A stretch of DNA of 64,000 bases from an uncultured delta proteobacterium (GTDB lineage Bacteria > Desulfobacterota > RBG-13-43-22): NCBI GenBank assembly GCA_963743305.1, contig CAVUPH010000007.1, positions 160,001-224,000 of the forward strand. The letters run 5' to 3'. The notes beneath the pieces are model-generated. The model was given only the letters and a program-made list of their open reading frames with translations, did not search any database and was not told the origin of the DNA. This document shows, piece by piece, positions 29,877 to 39,323 of the stretch. Made by a program: the position numbers and the translations under genes. How positions within the stretch are numbered: the first letter of the stretch is position 1; each line of letters opens with the position of its first letter.

Positions 29877-31052
29877 TTGAAGATCCTGCTCCTAGCCCCC
29901 TGTCCTTTCTATCAGAACCGGGGGACTCCTATTGCCATTCATCTGGCCGCACGGGTCCTGGGTGAAGCCGGATACCAAATTCATATCCTGACCTACCCGG
30001 AAGGGGAAACTGTTTCCATTCCCAATGTGTCGCTCTCTAGAATTCCGGCTCTGCCGGGCATAAAAAACATCAAGCCCGGCCCCTCCTGGAAGAAGATCGT
30101 CTACGATTTGGTCATGTGCTTTACAATGATCGGTCTGGTCAGGAAAAACCGCTTCGATGTCATCCACGCCGTGGAAGAATCGGCCTTCATGGCCCTGGTT
30201 CTAAAAAAAATAGTTCGGCTCCCCTTTGTGTATGACCTCGACTCTTCCCTCTCCCGGCAGATTGGTGAAAAATATCGGTTTCTGAGACCGTTGACCGCCA
30301 TTCTCCATTGGCTGGAAATAATGGTTATCCGGGAAAGCGCCGGCGCCATAGCCGTTTGCCGGGCATTGGAGGATGAAGTGCTCCAATGCGCCCCTGAAAA
30401 ACTAGTCTGCCGATTGGAGGATATTTCCCTGCTGGCCGACACTGACGGAGAAACCAGCCTGTCCGCCCCAAAAATCTGGGAGGAAGCGGTGATCATGTAT
30501 GTAGGCAATCTGGAAAAATATCAGGGGATCGATCTGCTTTTAGAAGCTTTTCAGCAGGCGCTGCCCCGGGCCGGTGCGGCCCGGCTGGTGGTCATCGGGG
30601 GCGCCGACCCGGATATTAAGCGGTACCGGAAGCGGGGGGAGGAATTGGGATTGACCGGGCGGGTGGATTTTCTGGGACCCAAGCCCCTGGCCGAACTTCC
30701 GGCCTGGCTAGGACAGGCTACGATCCTGGTTTCCCCCCGGATCAAAGGCAACAACACTCCTATGAAAATATATTCCTACCTGGATTCCGGAAAGCCGGTC
30801 CTGGCCACCCGGCTTCCCACCCACACCCAGGTGCTGGATGACGAGATCGCCTATCTCGTCGCCCCCACCCCGAAAGCCCTAGGCGAGGGCCTGGTGACCC
30901 TGCTGGAAGACGAAGTCTTGCGGAAAAAGCTCTCTTCCGCCGCCGGGAAACGCGTTCAGGAAGAGTACTGCTTTGCGGCCTATCAAGAGAAACTGCTTCT
31001 CTTCTACCAGCGCCTGGGAAAAAAATTGGCTGACGGAAAGAGGGCGGTTTGA
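29877..31052 (+). CDS. Glycosyltransferase family 4
   Basis: YVGNLEKYQG.DLL, LVSPR..G.NTPMKIYSYL.SGKPV.AT. Confidence 0.88.
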   Translation: MKILLLAPCPFYQNRGTPIAIHLAARVLGEAGYQIHILTYPEGETVSIPNVSLSRIPALPGIKNIKPGPSWKKIVYDLVMCFTMIGLVRKNRFDVIHAVEESAFMALVLKKIVRLPFVYDLDSSLSRQIGEKYRFLRPLTAILHWLEIMVIRESAGAIAVCRALEDEVLQCAPEKLVCRLEDISLLADTDGETSLSAPKIWEEAVIMYVGNLEKYQGIDLLLEAFQQALPRAGAARLVVIGGADPDIKRYRKRGEELGLTGRVDFLGPKPLAELPAWLGQATILVSPRIKGNNTPMKIYSYLDSGKPVLATRLPTHTQVLDDEIAYLVAPTPKALGEGLVTLLEDEVLRKKLSSAAGKRVQEEYCFAAYQEKLLLFYQRLGKKLADGKRAV

Positions 31053-31103
31053 GTTTTTCAATCAATCGGTTGTTAGGGACCGGTATAGAAGGAGGAGGGA
31101 TTC

Positions 31104-32087
31104 ATGCGGATTTTGGTAACCGGAGGAACAGGGTTTACCGGGAAGGCCCTGGTGAAAAGGCTTCTGGACGAAGGCCATCAGGTGGTGGCCCTGGATTATA
31201 AAGAGGGGTTGAAAACCGAGGAACTCCGCCAATGGGGGGCGGAAGTCGTCATCGGCAGCGTTACCGATAAGGTCGTAGTGGAAAAAAGCATGGAAGGCGT
31301 GGAGCTGGTCCACCACCTGGCGGCGGCGTTCCGGGAATTGAACGTCCCGAACAGCTTTTATGACGAGGTGAATGTTGGCGGCACCGTCAATGCCCTGGAA
31401 GCCGCCTACCGTCAGGGCGTCAAGAAATTCATCTATTGCAGCACCTGCGGCGTTCATGGAAATATCGACCACCCCCCCGGCGGCGAGGACGCTCCAATTC
31501 AACCAGCGGATTATTACCAGTCCACTAAATTCAAGGCCGAGCCCATCGTTCTGGAATATTACCGGAAAGGGTTGAAAACCGTTATCCTTAGACCGGCGGC
31601 CATCTATGGACCCGGAGACCCGGAGCGTTTCTATATGATCTACAAAAGGGTGGCTAAGGGGAAATTCCCCATGTTCGGGAGCGGCAAGACCTTTTACCAT
31701 CCCTTGTACATCGACAACTTGATTGACGCTTTTATGCTGACCATGGAAGAGGGGAAGGGGGACGGGCAGGCCTATCTCATTGCGGATGAGGAATATCTCG
31801 AAATTGGGGAATTGGTCAAGAAAGTGGGGCAGTCCATGGGGATCGAGGTGAAAATCAATCATTATCCCATCATCCCGCTCATCATCGCCGGCCATATCTT
31901 CGAAAAGGTCTGCAAGCCCTTTCACGTCACCCCCCCCATTTTCCCCCGCCGGGTGGACTGGTACCGGCAAAACCGGGCGTTTGATATTAGTAAGGCGAAA
32001 AGAGAACTGGGTTATCAGCCCCGGATAGGGATTGAGGAGGGCTTGCGGTTGACCGCGGAATGGTACAAGAAAGAGGGATACCTGTAA
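31104..32087 (+). CDS. NAD-dependent epimerase/dehydratase (extended SDR)
   Basis: VTGGTGFTG, HLAA, VNVGGT.N, YQSTK, LRPAAIYGPGD; strong RBS AGGAGG. Confidence 0.9.
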   Translation: MRILVTGGTGFTGKALVKRLLDEGHQVVALDYKEGLKTEELRQWGAEVVIGSVTDKVVVEKSMEGVELVHHLAAAFRELNVPNSFYDEVNVGGTVNALEAAYRQGVKKFIYCSTCGVHGNIDHPPGGEDAPIQPADYYQSTKFKAEPIVLEYYRKGLKTVILRPAAIYGPGDPERFYMIYKRVAKGKFPMFGSGKTFYHPLYIDNLIDAFMLTMEEGKGDGQAYLIADEEYLEIGELVKKVGQSMGIEVKINHYPIIPLIIAGHIFEKVCKPFHVTPPIFPRRVDWYRQNRAFDISKAKRELGYQPRIGIEEGLRLTAEWYKKEGYL

Positions 32088-32233
32088 TGACAACCTGGCA
32101 AAAAGTCCAAAACCCTGTCATTGCGAGCGGACGCGAAGCAATCCCCACCAGGCTTACCGGCTGATTCTTGGGGATTGCTTCGTCGCTTCACTCCTCGCAA
32201 TGACAGCGCTGGGGACTTTTTGCGAAACCATCA
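32088..32233. repeat. Palindromic REP/RPE-like element, family B, copy 1 (nested in a second IR)
   Basis: TGTCATTGCGAG..GCGAAGCAATCCCC / GGGGATTGCTTCGTCGCT..CTCCTCGCAATGACA, flanked by GCAAAAAGTCC / GGACTTTTTGC. Confidence 0.8.
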
Positions 32234-32256
32234 ATTATGAGGCTGTTAATAATAAG

Positions 32257-32979
32257 ATGTCCTTTCGATCTTCACTCCGGGATAATCCCGATGAGCAGGC
32301 CCCGCAGCCGGTGGACGTCGTGGTTCCGGTGCTTAACGAGCGGGAGATGCTCCCCCGTTTTTTGAATCGCCTTCAGTCCTTGGGCTTGCCTTTGAACCTG
32401 ATTTTTGTGGATAACGGCTCCACGGACGGGACCCTGGAGTTTCTCGGCGAGCTACCGGGGGTAAAGGTCATCGCCCATGGGCGGAACCTGGGTTACGGAC
32501 GCTCCCTGACCGACGGATTGCTGGCCTCGACCTCCGCGCGGGTCATTATCATCGATGCCGATTGTGAATATCCTCCCGAGGCTATTCGGGCCCTTTTGGC
32601 TGGTCTGGACCGATTCCCCGTGGTTTACGGGAGCCGTTTTTTGGATGGAAAGCGGATCGCTATGTCCCCCTTCCGCCGCTGGGGCAACCGCGCGTTGACC
32701 GGACTTTTTAATGGTCTTTATGGACAGCGGCTTACCGATCTCTACACCGGGATGAAGGCCCTGCGGCGAACAGCCTTTGAGGGGCTGACCTTCACCCGAA
32801 ACGGTTTTGAACAGGTGACGGAACTGGCGGCCAAGGTGGCCCTTCAAGGGGTGCGGATCGGTGAGATCTCGGTGGCTTACGCCCCTCGGCAGACCGGCCG
32901 CTCCAAGATGCGGCATATCCCCGAATTCCTCAAGGCTGTCCACTGCCTGCTTTATTACCGGGTCGGCCGCCATGGCTGA
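32257..32979 (+). CDS. DPM1-like glycosyltransferase family 2
   Basis: VVVPVLNE, VDNGSTDGT, NLGYG, IDADCEY, GSRF, TD.YTGMKA. Start moved because the ATG at 32200 lies inside the repeat. Confidence 0.88.
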   Translation: MSFRSSLRDNPDEQAPQPVDVVVPVLNEREMLPRFLNRLQSLGLPLNLIFVDNGSTDGTLEFLGELPGVKVIAHGRNLGYGRSLTDGLLASTSARVIIIDADCEYPPEAIRALLAGLDRFPVVYGSRFLDGKRIAMSPFRRWGNRALTGLFNGLYGQRLTDLYTGMKALRRTAFEGLTFTRNGFEQVTELAAKVALQGVRIGEISVAYAPRQTGRSKMRHIPEFLKAVHCLLYYRVGRHG

Positions 32980-34411
32980 ACGGATCGGTTTGATTCCCGC
33001 CGCCGGTAAAGGCACCCGGGCTTATCCCTATACCAAAAATATCCCCAAAGGCTTGCTTAAGGTTTCGGGTAAACCGTTGCTGGAACACCTGGTGGAATTG
33101 CAGCGGGACCAGATGGGGTGTCGGCAGGTCTATCTGGTGGTGGGTACCGCGGGGCAGCAGATCCGTGATTATTTCGGGGACGGGGAACGCTGGGGGGTCC
33201 GGATCGATTATCTGCAGAACGACCGGGTGGACCGGGGGCTGGCCTACTCCGTTTCCCTGGGGGAACGGGTTATCCGGGAACCTTTTCTGCTGCTGCTCTC
33301 GGACGAATACTATCAGGATACCAACCACGCGCGCTTGGCCGAGATTTCCCTGCAAGAGGAACTGGGCTACTGCGGCCTATTCGAATCGCAGGACTGGGAT
33401 CGAATCCGTCGAAACTACACGGTTACCCTGGAGGAGGATCGCGTCACCCGACTTCTGGAGAAGCCGCGGGATTGGAAAGGCGACCTGCTGGGAACGGGGA
33501 CCTTCCTGCTTTCCCCCAGGATTTTCGGTCACCTGAATCAAGCCTTGGCCGATTCCGCCGTCCCCCCGGATTTTATCGGGGTCCTGGACCAGGCGGTCCG
33601 GACCGGCGAGATCCTCCGCCCGCTGCTGCTCACCGGTCAGTACCTCAACATCAATGACGTGGACAGCCTGAATTGGGCCAATTTTTTGGGGCGCAGCCGG
33701 CAGTTGCCCCAGGCTGGCCTAAGCGTCATCGTCCAGTCTCTGGGAAGAGAGGAGGGACTTCCCCGAGTCGTGAAGGAGTTCAACGATTTGCCACGGGTCA
33801 TGGAAGTCCTGGTGGTGGTGCCTGCCGGAGCCGACCGCCCGTCCTGGGTCGGTTCGCTTTCCAAGGCGCGCTGGGTAGAGGCGCCGCCCGGGATCACGGA
33901 ATACGGCAGCCTGATTGCCTGCGGATTGGATCAGGCCCGGGGGGACATTCTGACGGTGGTGGAGGGGTCTTATTCTTTCTTTCCGGGAGACCTTCCCAAG
34001 TTTCTGGCCTATCTGGCCGATGCCGACCTGGTCCTGGGGACCCGGACCACCCGCCAACTTATCCAACAGGGCAGCCGGATGAAGGGGTTGGTGCGGCTGG
34101 CCCATATTTTTCTGGCCAAGCTGATCGAAATCCTCTGGATCAACCACCGGATCCGTTTGACCGATGTGGGCTGCACCTATCGGGCCCTCTGGCGGCACAG
34201 TTATCTGGATATCCGGGATCGTTTAAAAAGCGCCGGACCGGAATATGTCCTGGAGATGGACCTTGAAACCTTGCGGGCCCGGAAACGCCTGATCGAGGTC
34301 CCGGTCAGCTTTTTACACACCAACGAAGCCCTGGCCGAGCGCTATCAGCGGGCAGGAGTATTTTTCAGAATGCTGCGAACGATTATCCGGAAGCGGCTGG
34401 GTCGGGATTAA
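32972..34411 (+). CDS. Sugar-phosphate nucleotidyltransferase fused to a GT2-like domain
   Basis: GLIPAAGKGTR.YPYT...PK.LL.V.GKP N-terminal domain; C-terminal DLVLGTR...LTDVGCTYRA...IEVPV. Confidence 0.82.
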   Translation: MAERIGLIPAAGKGTRAYPYTKNIPKGLLKVSGKPLLEHLVELQRDQMGCRQVYLVVGTAGQQIRDYFGDGERWGVRIDYLQNDRVDRGLAYSVSLGERVIREPFLLLLSDEYYQDTNHARLAEISLQEELGYCGLFESQDWDRIRRNYTVTLEEDRVTRLLEKPRDWKGDLLGTGTFLLSPRIFGHLNQALADSAVPPDFIGVLDQAVRTGEILRPLLLTGQYLNINDVDSLNWANFLGRSRQLPQAGLSVIVQSLGREEGLPRVVKEFNDLPRVMEVLVVVPAGADRPSWVGSLSKARWVEAPPGITEYGSLIACGLDQARGDILTVVEGSYSFFPGDLPKFLAYLADADLVLGTRTTRQLIQQGSRMKGLVRLAHIFLAKLIEILWINHRIRLTDVGCTYRALWRHSYLDIRDRLKSAGPEYVLEMDLETLRARKRLIEVPVSFLHTNEALAERYQRAGVFFRMLRTIIRKRLGRD

Positions 34412-34555
34412 ATATCTCGAATATTTTCCTGCGGCTTATCGCCGAGGATAACCGCTGTCTGAAAAAGCATTGGCAAAATCCTTTAAACCGATTATGATCG
34501 ATTCTATAATTCCAGGGGAGCATCTCCCCTCAGCGGATGGATAAGGAGACCGGGC

Positions 34556-34840
34556 ATGCTCGAATCGAAAAAAAAGATGTCTCAGTATTATTCCGATTTA
34601 AAATCAGCCCTGGAAAAAGGGAAGGGAGACCCCCCGACGGTCTTTCGGGACTTTGAAAAGGCCAGCCGGGATTTCCTCGGAGAAACCGGCAAAGTGCCCC
34701 GGGAAGTGGGCGACGATTTCCTAGCGCAAGTGGCCCGGCTGGGGGAGAAAATCAAGGCGGGGGACCTCGCCGGGGCCCTGCATGCATACGAGGACTTGAA
34801 AGACAGGAAAAAATCCTGTCATCATGAATACAAAGATTAG
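34556..34840 (+). CDS. Small helical XXXCH-domain protein (cytochrome c'-like C-terminus lacking the first Cys)
   Basis: 94 aa, helical, ending LKDRKKSCHHEYKD; RBS AAGGAG. Confidence 0.65.
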   Translation: MLESKKKMSQYYSDLKSALEKGKGDPPTVFRDFEKASRDFLGETGKVPREVGDDFLAQVARLGEKIKAGDLAGALHAYEDLKDRKKSCHHEYKD

Positions 34841-34882
34841 GGAATAGCGTCATCCAGGAGAAGTACAAACTTTTAAGAATTT

Positions 34883-35305
34883 TTAAGCGATTAAACTAAC
34901 CCGGGTGCCTTTGGAGGGCAGGGCCAAACGGGGATCGGCCTGGCGCCGGTAGGCTTCAATGAAGGTCTGCTGCAAATAAGGAGGGATCTGAAAGTGCGCC
35001 CCCGCGGAAGGGGCCTGGCAAACGGTTTGGATAGGGTGAAGGGGCTCGACCTCTCCGAAGGAAATCCAATCGGGCGATTTGACGTCTACGATAACCGCAT
35101 CGGCTTCCAGGATTCTTAGGTTATTTACTCTAGGGGCCGCTACCTTTGCCCGAAGTTGGCCAGGGAGGAAGTTATAGTGGTAGTAATTCCGATGGGCTGG
35201 TATCGGAAAAAAGGCTACGGGAAGTGATTGGTCGATGGTCACTTCTCTATTCCCCCATGACCGGACCGGATCCTGATTTCCGCCAAGCCGTTCCATAGGC
35301 GTCAA
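34883..35305 (-). pseudogene. Hypothetical protein, possibly the 3' remnant of a membrane glycosyltransferase-like gene
   Basis: The 140-aa ORF has no good start. Upstream frames carry broken hydrophobic segments (e.g. HYSA; LLWPPIILPLSLGLFIV). Confidence 0.3.
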
Positions 35306-35836
35306 GGACTATGAACAGACCAAGAGACAGAGGCAGAATAATGGGTGGCCAAAGGAGTGTATAGGAAGGCAGTTTTGATGTCACTGCCCCAATTCCTCCC
35401 ATTGATGTTCTATTCATGAATAGGCTGATCCAAGAAATCCACTTTTCGCTTATGCAGAAAACCTTTCCTCTTACTATTAATTACCCCCCCTTCTATTGTT
35501 AGGCAATCCCTCGAAAGTAGGGATTTAATCGTTTATTCGCGAATTTGGAAAATAGGTTTGTGAGGCACCGCGCTCTTTTCCCGGTTGAACTGTATTAGGA
35601 AAAAAGGCCTGCTGGCGAAAGGTTGTTAGGGATTTTCAAAAATATCCCCGCTAGCAATTCTAATCTTGCAGATGTCCGGATGAAATGATGCAGAATGGAT
35701 GGCCAGCGTAAAACAAGACTCCGGGAAGCAATCCCAGAAATTCCTCGAAAAATGCACCCTCGCCTAAATTTCAGGATGCCCCCTACTAGTGTTTACTCTG
35801 AGATATTTCCAAAATCAAGGATTGAGGTATAAATGG

Positions 35837-36690
35837 CTACACCTTCTTTTCTAACGCTTTGGCGATCGCCTCGCCAAGCTCCTCGGACCCAAACGGCTTG
35901 CTCAAGAAGGCTTGGGGCCTATGGGCATGGTCTCCGGACATCACCCGAGCCTCGTCATAGCCACTGGCCAGGACTACCGGGATGTCCGGCGCGAGTTTCC
36001 GCAGGGCCGCCAACGTCCCCCAACCGTCCAGACGCGGCATGGACAAGTCAGACAGAACGCAACGGATTTCGTCCTGATGCTGCCGGAAGACCTCCACCGC
36101 CTCGACGCCATCCTCGGTTGCCAGCACAGTATAACCCAGACGGGTGAGCATGATCGTGACTATTTTGCGCAGTTCCGCCTCGTCTTCCACCAGCAGCACC
36201 GTGCCCGCCTGGGCCTGACCCACTGACAGTCCGCCCTCTTGAATTTCCGGGGTTTGAGCCGCTTTTTCCGGCCTGCGGAGGACTTCTTCGGCAGAGAGGG
36301 GCAAAAAGACCCGGAAGATGCTCCCTTGGCCCGGTTCGCTCTCCACGGTGACGACTCCGCAGTGTGCCCGTACCACCCCCAGAACAACGGCCAGTCCCAT
36401 ACCCCGGCTGGTGAATTTGGTGGAGAAAAAAGGGTCGAAGAGCTTTTCGATTGTCTTTTCATCTATCCCACCGCCTGAATCTGCCAATTCCAGGCAGGCA
36501 TAGGCATTGTCCTGCGCTTGCCAGTCGATGGGGAAGCAGTGCAATTTTGGGATGTCTGCCGGTAAAACCGTTTTGACGGTCAGGTGAATGGCGCCCCGGC
36601 TGTCACCCATAGCCTCCCAGGCATTGGTGGTCAGGATGGTCAGCACCTGTTGTATCTGGTCCGCATTCGCGCTTACGGCTGGGCCGGGGA
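35837..36690 (-). CDS. Hybrid histidine kinase, C-terminal part (HATPase_c + receiver)
   Basis: QIQQVL.IL.TNA.EA, D.G.GI, FDPFFSTK, GMGL, then VLLVEDE...DLSMP.LDG...KPF. Confidence 0.85.
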
Positions 36691-37827
36691 GGGTAACTCG
36701 CTCTCCAAGACCAGATCTTTGGGCAGGACGGCCTGGAGCAAGGGCAGGCTTAAACGGCAGATCTCGGAAAGATCCAAAGGTTCACGCTGGCCGGATGTTT
36801 GTCCGAGGTAAGTCAACAACCACCCGCTTACCTCCGACGCCCGGCGGACGGCCGTCATGGCCTCGGTCAGCATCTCGACAGAACCTCCATGCTGGGGCAG
36901 ATCCATCAGGGCCAATTCCAGGTTTCCCACCACTACTCCGAGCTGGTTATTAAAGTGGTGGGCGATGGCGCCGGCCATGCGGCCCAGGCTTTCGGCCTTC
37001 TCGAGTTGGCGGTTTTGGGCCTCCAGTTCCTCCTTAGCCTCCTCGGCCCGCTTGCGTGCGGTAAGATCTACGATAGCCCCTCTGACTCCCTCCGGAAGGC
37101 CATTATGGTAAATAACACTTGAAATTATCATGGCCGGAAAGATAGATCCATCTAACCTCATTAAAGTATATTCAGTATCTTTTATTTTCTCCCCCATTAA
37201 CAGCTTTTGAATGTTCTGTTTGGATTTTTCAATCTCTTCAGGTGAAAAAAGCCAGGCGCTGAAACCTTTCTTTAAATCCTCTTCCGAACCGCCAAAAGTG
37301 TCACACATGGCTTGGTTAGCAGAAGTAATATTAGCTTCCAAATCCATCTCATAGACCGGGATTGGCAAAAAATCATACAGCACTCGGTACCTTTTCTCGC
37401 TCTCTCGCAGCGCCGCCATCTTAAATTGTAAATTCTTGTTTGCCTCAAAAAGTTCAAATGCCATCTCGATGGACAAACGCAGCACGAAGTCACCGGAATC
37501 CCTGATCACGTACCCGTAGCGGGTGATTTCTTTTACTTGGTCGACATATTCTTTTTCCGAATGGGAAGTGAGAAATATGATGGGAATATTCCTCTTCCTG
37601 AGAATTTGTCTCGCCGTTTCGGGCCCGTCGATTGGCCCCTCGAGATCGATGTCCATGAGGATGAGACCAATCTTTTCATCTTCGATTGCAATTTCCACCG
37701 CCCTCTCGCCGGAGGTCGCGACGATAACCTGATATCCGAAGCTCTCCATCGTCTGCGCCTCATAAATAGCGAGAAAAACCTCGGCTTCAACGAGCAGGAT
37801 GATTTTCTTTTCCTGGTTACTCATCAA
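36673..37827 (-). CDS. Hybrid histidine kinase, N-terminal part (receiver-PAS-HisKA); frameshift at the G4 run near 36687
   Basis: ILMDIDL...DG...IPIIFLT receiver, PAS (RLDGS.FP), ESLGRMAGAIAHHFNN. Adding one C gives PGPAVSANADQIQQV. Confidence 0.85.
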   Translation of the reverse strand: MMSNQEKKIILLVEAEVFLAIYEAQTMESFGYQVIVATSGERAVEIAIEDEKIGLILMDIDLEGPIDGPETARQILRKRNIPIIFLTSHSEKEYVDQVKEITRYGYVIRDSGDFVLRLSIEMAFELFEANKNLQFKMAALRESEKRYRVLYDFLPIPVYEMDLEANITSANQAMCDTFGGSEEDLKKGFSAWLFSPEEIEKSKQNIQKLLMGEKIKDTEYTLMRLDGSIFPAMIISSVIYHNGLPEGVRGAIVDLTARKRAEEAKEELEAQNRQLEKAESLGRMAGAIAHHFNNQLGVVVGNLELALMDLPQHGGSVEMLTEAMTAVRRASEVSGWLLTYLGQTSGQREPLDLSEICRLSLPLLQAVLPKDLVLESELPSPAQP

Positions 37828-38454
37828 TGTTTTCCTGTTTCATAGGAGAACTGTACTTTTGCTCTTCTTCTTTCCATTCTGGAAAAACAATTTCTTCACC
37901 TATCCGAATCCTATTGAAATCCTTAATCGTGGGCCGGAAGTTTTTCCACCGATCGGGAGGAGTGAGGATTTTCATTTCGGAAGAAATCGGGGAGAGGTGA
38001 AGGGGTATGCCTTCTTACCGAACCTATCGAGACCGGCAGAATGGAGGGTCTTTCAGACTCCTTTTCGTTCCGTGGGTTGATCATGGGTACCGAAGGAACA
38101 GCTTGCTTCTCAATGATTTTACTGGTTACTATGCTGTCGATTAAGGCAGTTTCCGAAATTCCCCATTCTCCTACTCCCTCGACGATAAGTTGGCGAAACT
38201 GGAAATTGAGTTTCTTGATTTTGGCTTGAATCGATCAGAAGTATACACCTAATCTGAAATTAGTGAATAGGGGGAAAATAGCTTTTGAGGGCAATGGCCC
38301 GGGGAGAGGAAGCAACAATTTGCGTAAGAAATCTGGCAAGTCGGGCTTAAGTTTAGAAACACCAGTTCAGGAAACGTAATCGACGATGGTTCCACCGGGG
38401 ACTTTTTCAGCGTATTTTTAGCGGCAACCAGGCGCAGAATGACAAAAGGCCCCC

Positions 38455-38510
38455 TTTCCTTTTTTGAGATCCCACGGCCGTTGTCCCGAATCGTCAGTAC
38501 CAAACCCCGA
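38455..38510 (-). pseudogene. Histidine-kinase ATPase fragment
   Basis: GLVLTIRDNGRGISK is a G1 box with no flanking kinase sequence. Confidence 0.4.
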
Positions 38511-38569
38511 CTTCTGATCCCCTAAAAATCTTCAGTTGGTCATGTGCGGGTTTCGCAGGACGTTTTCCT

Positions 38570-38815
38570 TATGGCGTTGCCGGTGTTATTGTAGAATTCA
38601 TCCCAATGGGTCAGGCTGGAGCCTCCCAGGTAGTAGCTGGGGGCAAAGATTTTAGGGAGCGAGCCGCCGTTGGCCGCGGTGGCCTTGGGGCCGTGGAAAT
38701 AGACGTCACCCCCGGATATCTGCCCCAGCAGTTCCAGGGAGGGATTGGGAAAGAGCAGGGTGTTGATCAACTGCTGCGCGGAGCCGTTATACAGGTAAGT
38801 GTCGCCGGCCCCTTA
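38570..38815 (-). pseudogene. Fragment of a secreted metalloprotease-like protein
   Basis: VYFHGP.A.AANGG..PKIFAPS.Y..GSSLTHWDE...NA motif, truncated at both ends. Confidence 0.4.
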
Positions 38816-39323
38816 TCCAAATAAATCCAGGCACCCAGATCATCTTCATTGCGGCTGAATATCTTTTCATCGAACGGCTTTTTTGAAAGGGGGTCCACAA
38901 GAAAACTTCTTTAATTTACAATGGATTTCTCTATCCTGTATTCGGAAAAAAGTCAACAAATTTGGATTCCTTTTTCTGGGCAGTGGGTTTTCAAGAAAGG
39001 CGGGCGGCGAGGCAGGATTATCGTTCAAGCCTTGGCGAAATAATTGCTGGATCTGGCATGGGCACTCAGTCATCAACCGTTCATCTTCCTGTAATCTTTC
39101 CCGGATATAATGGTTGACCTAAAAGGCCCTTCATGGGTGGCTATAGAAAACTTTCAGTAACAAGTTGAATACCATGAAGAATAAGTTTAATCTTTTTTGA
39201 AGATCAATCGCCTAGTCCGGCTGAACCCGAATAATGTCTTGCCTGTAGCCATGGGGGAACCCATTGTTCTCGGGGCAGTATTTATACTTATCGCCTTCAG
39301 GAGAAAGAAGGGGAGCAACCATT

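Noticed and set aside
31062-32093. 343-aa minus-strand ORF
   Set aside because: Antisense shadow of the SDR epimerase, which has clear motifs and an RBS.
35700-35800. Possible IS end (minus strand GGGGCATCCTGAAA next to CTAG)
   Set aside because: No partner inverted repeat or transposase was found in the window.
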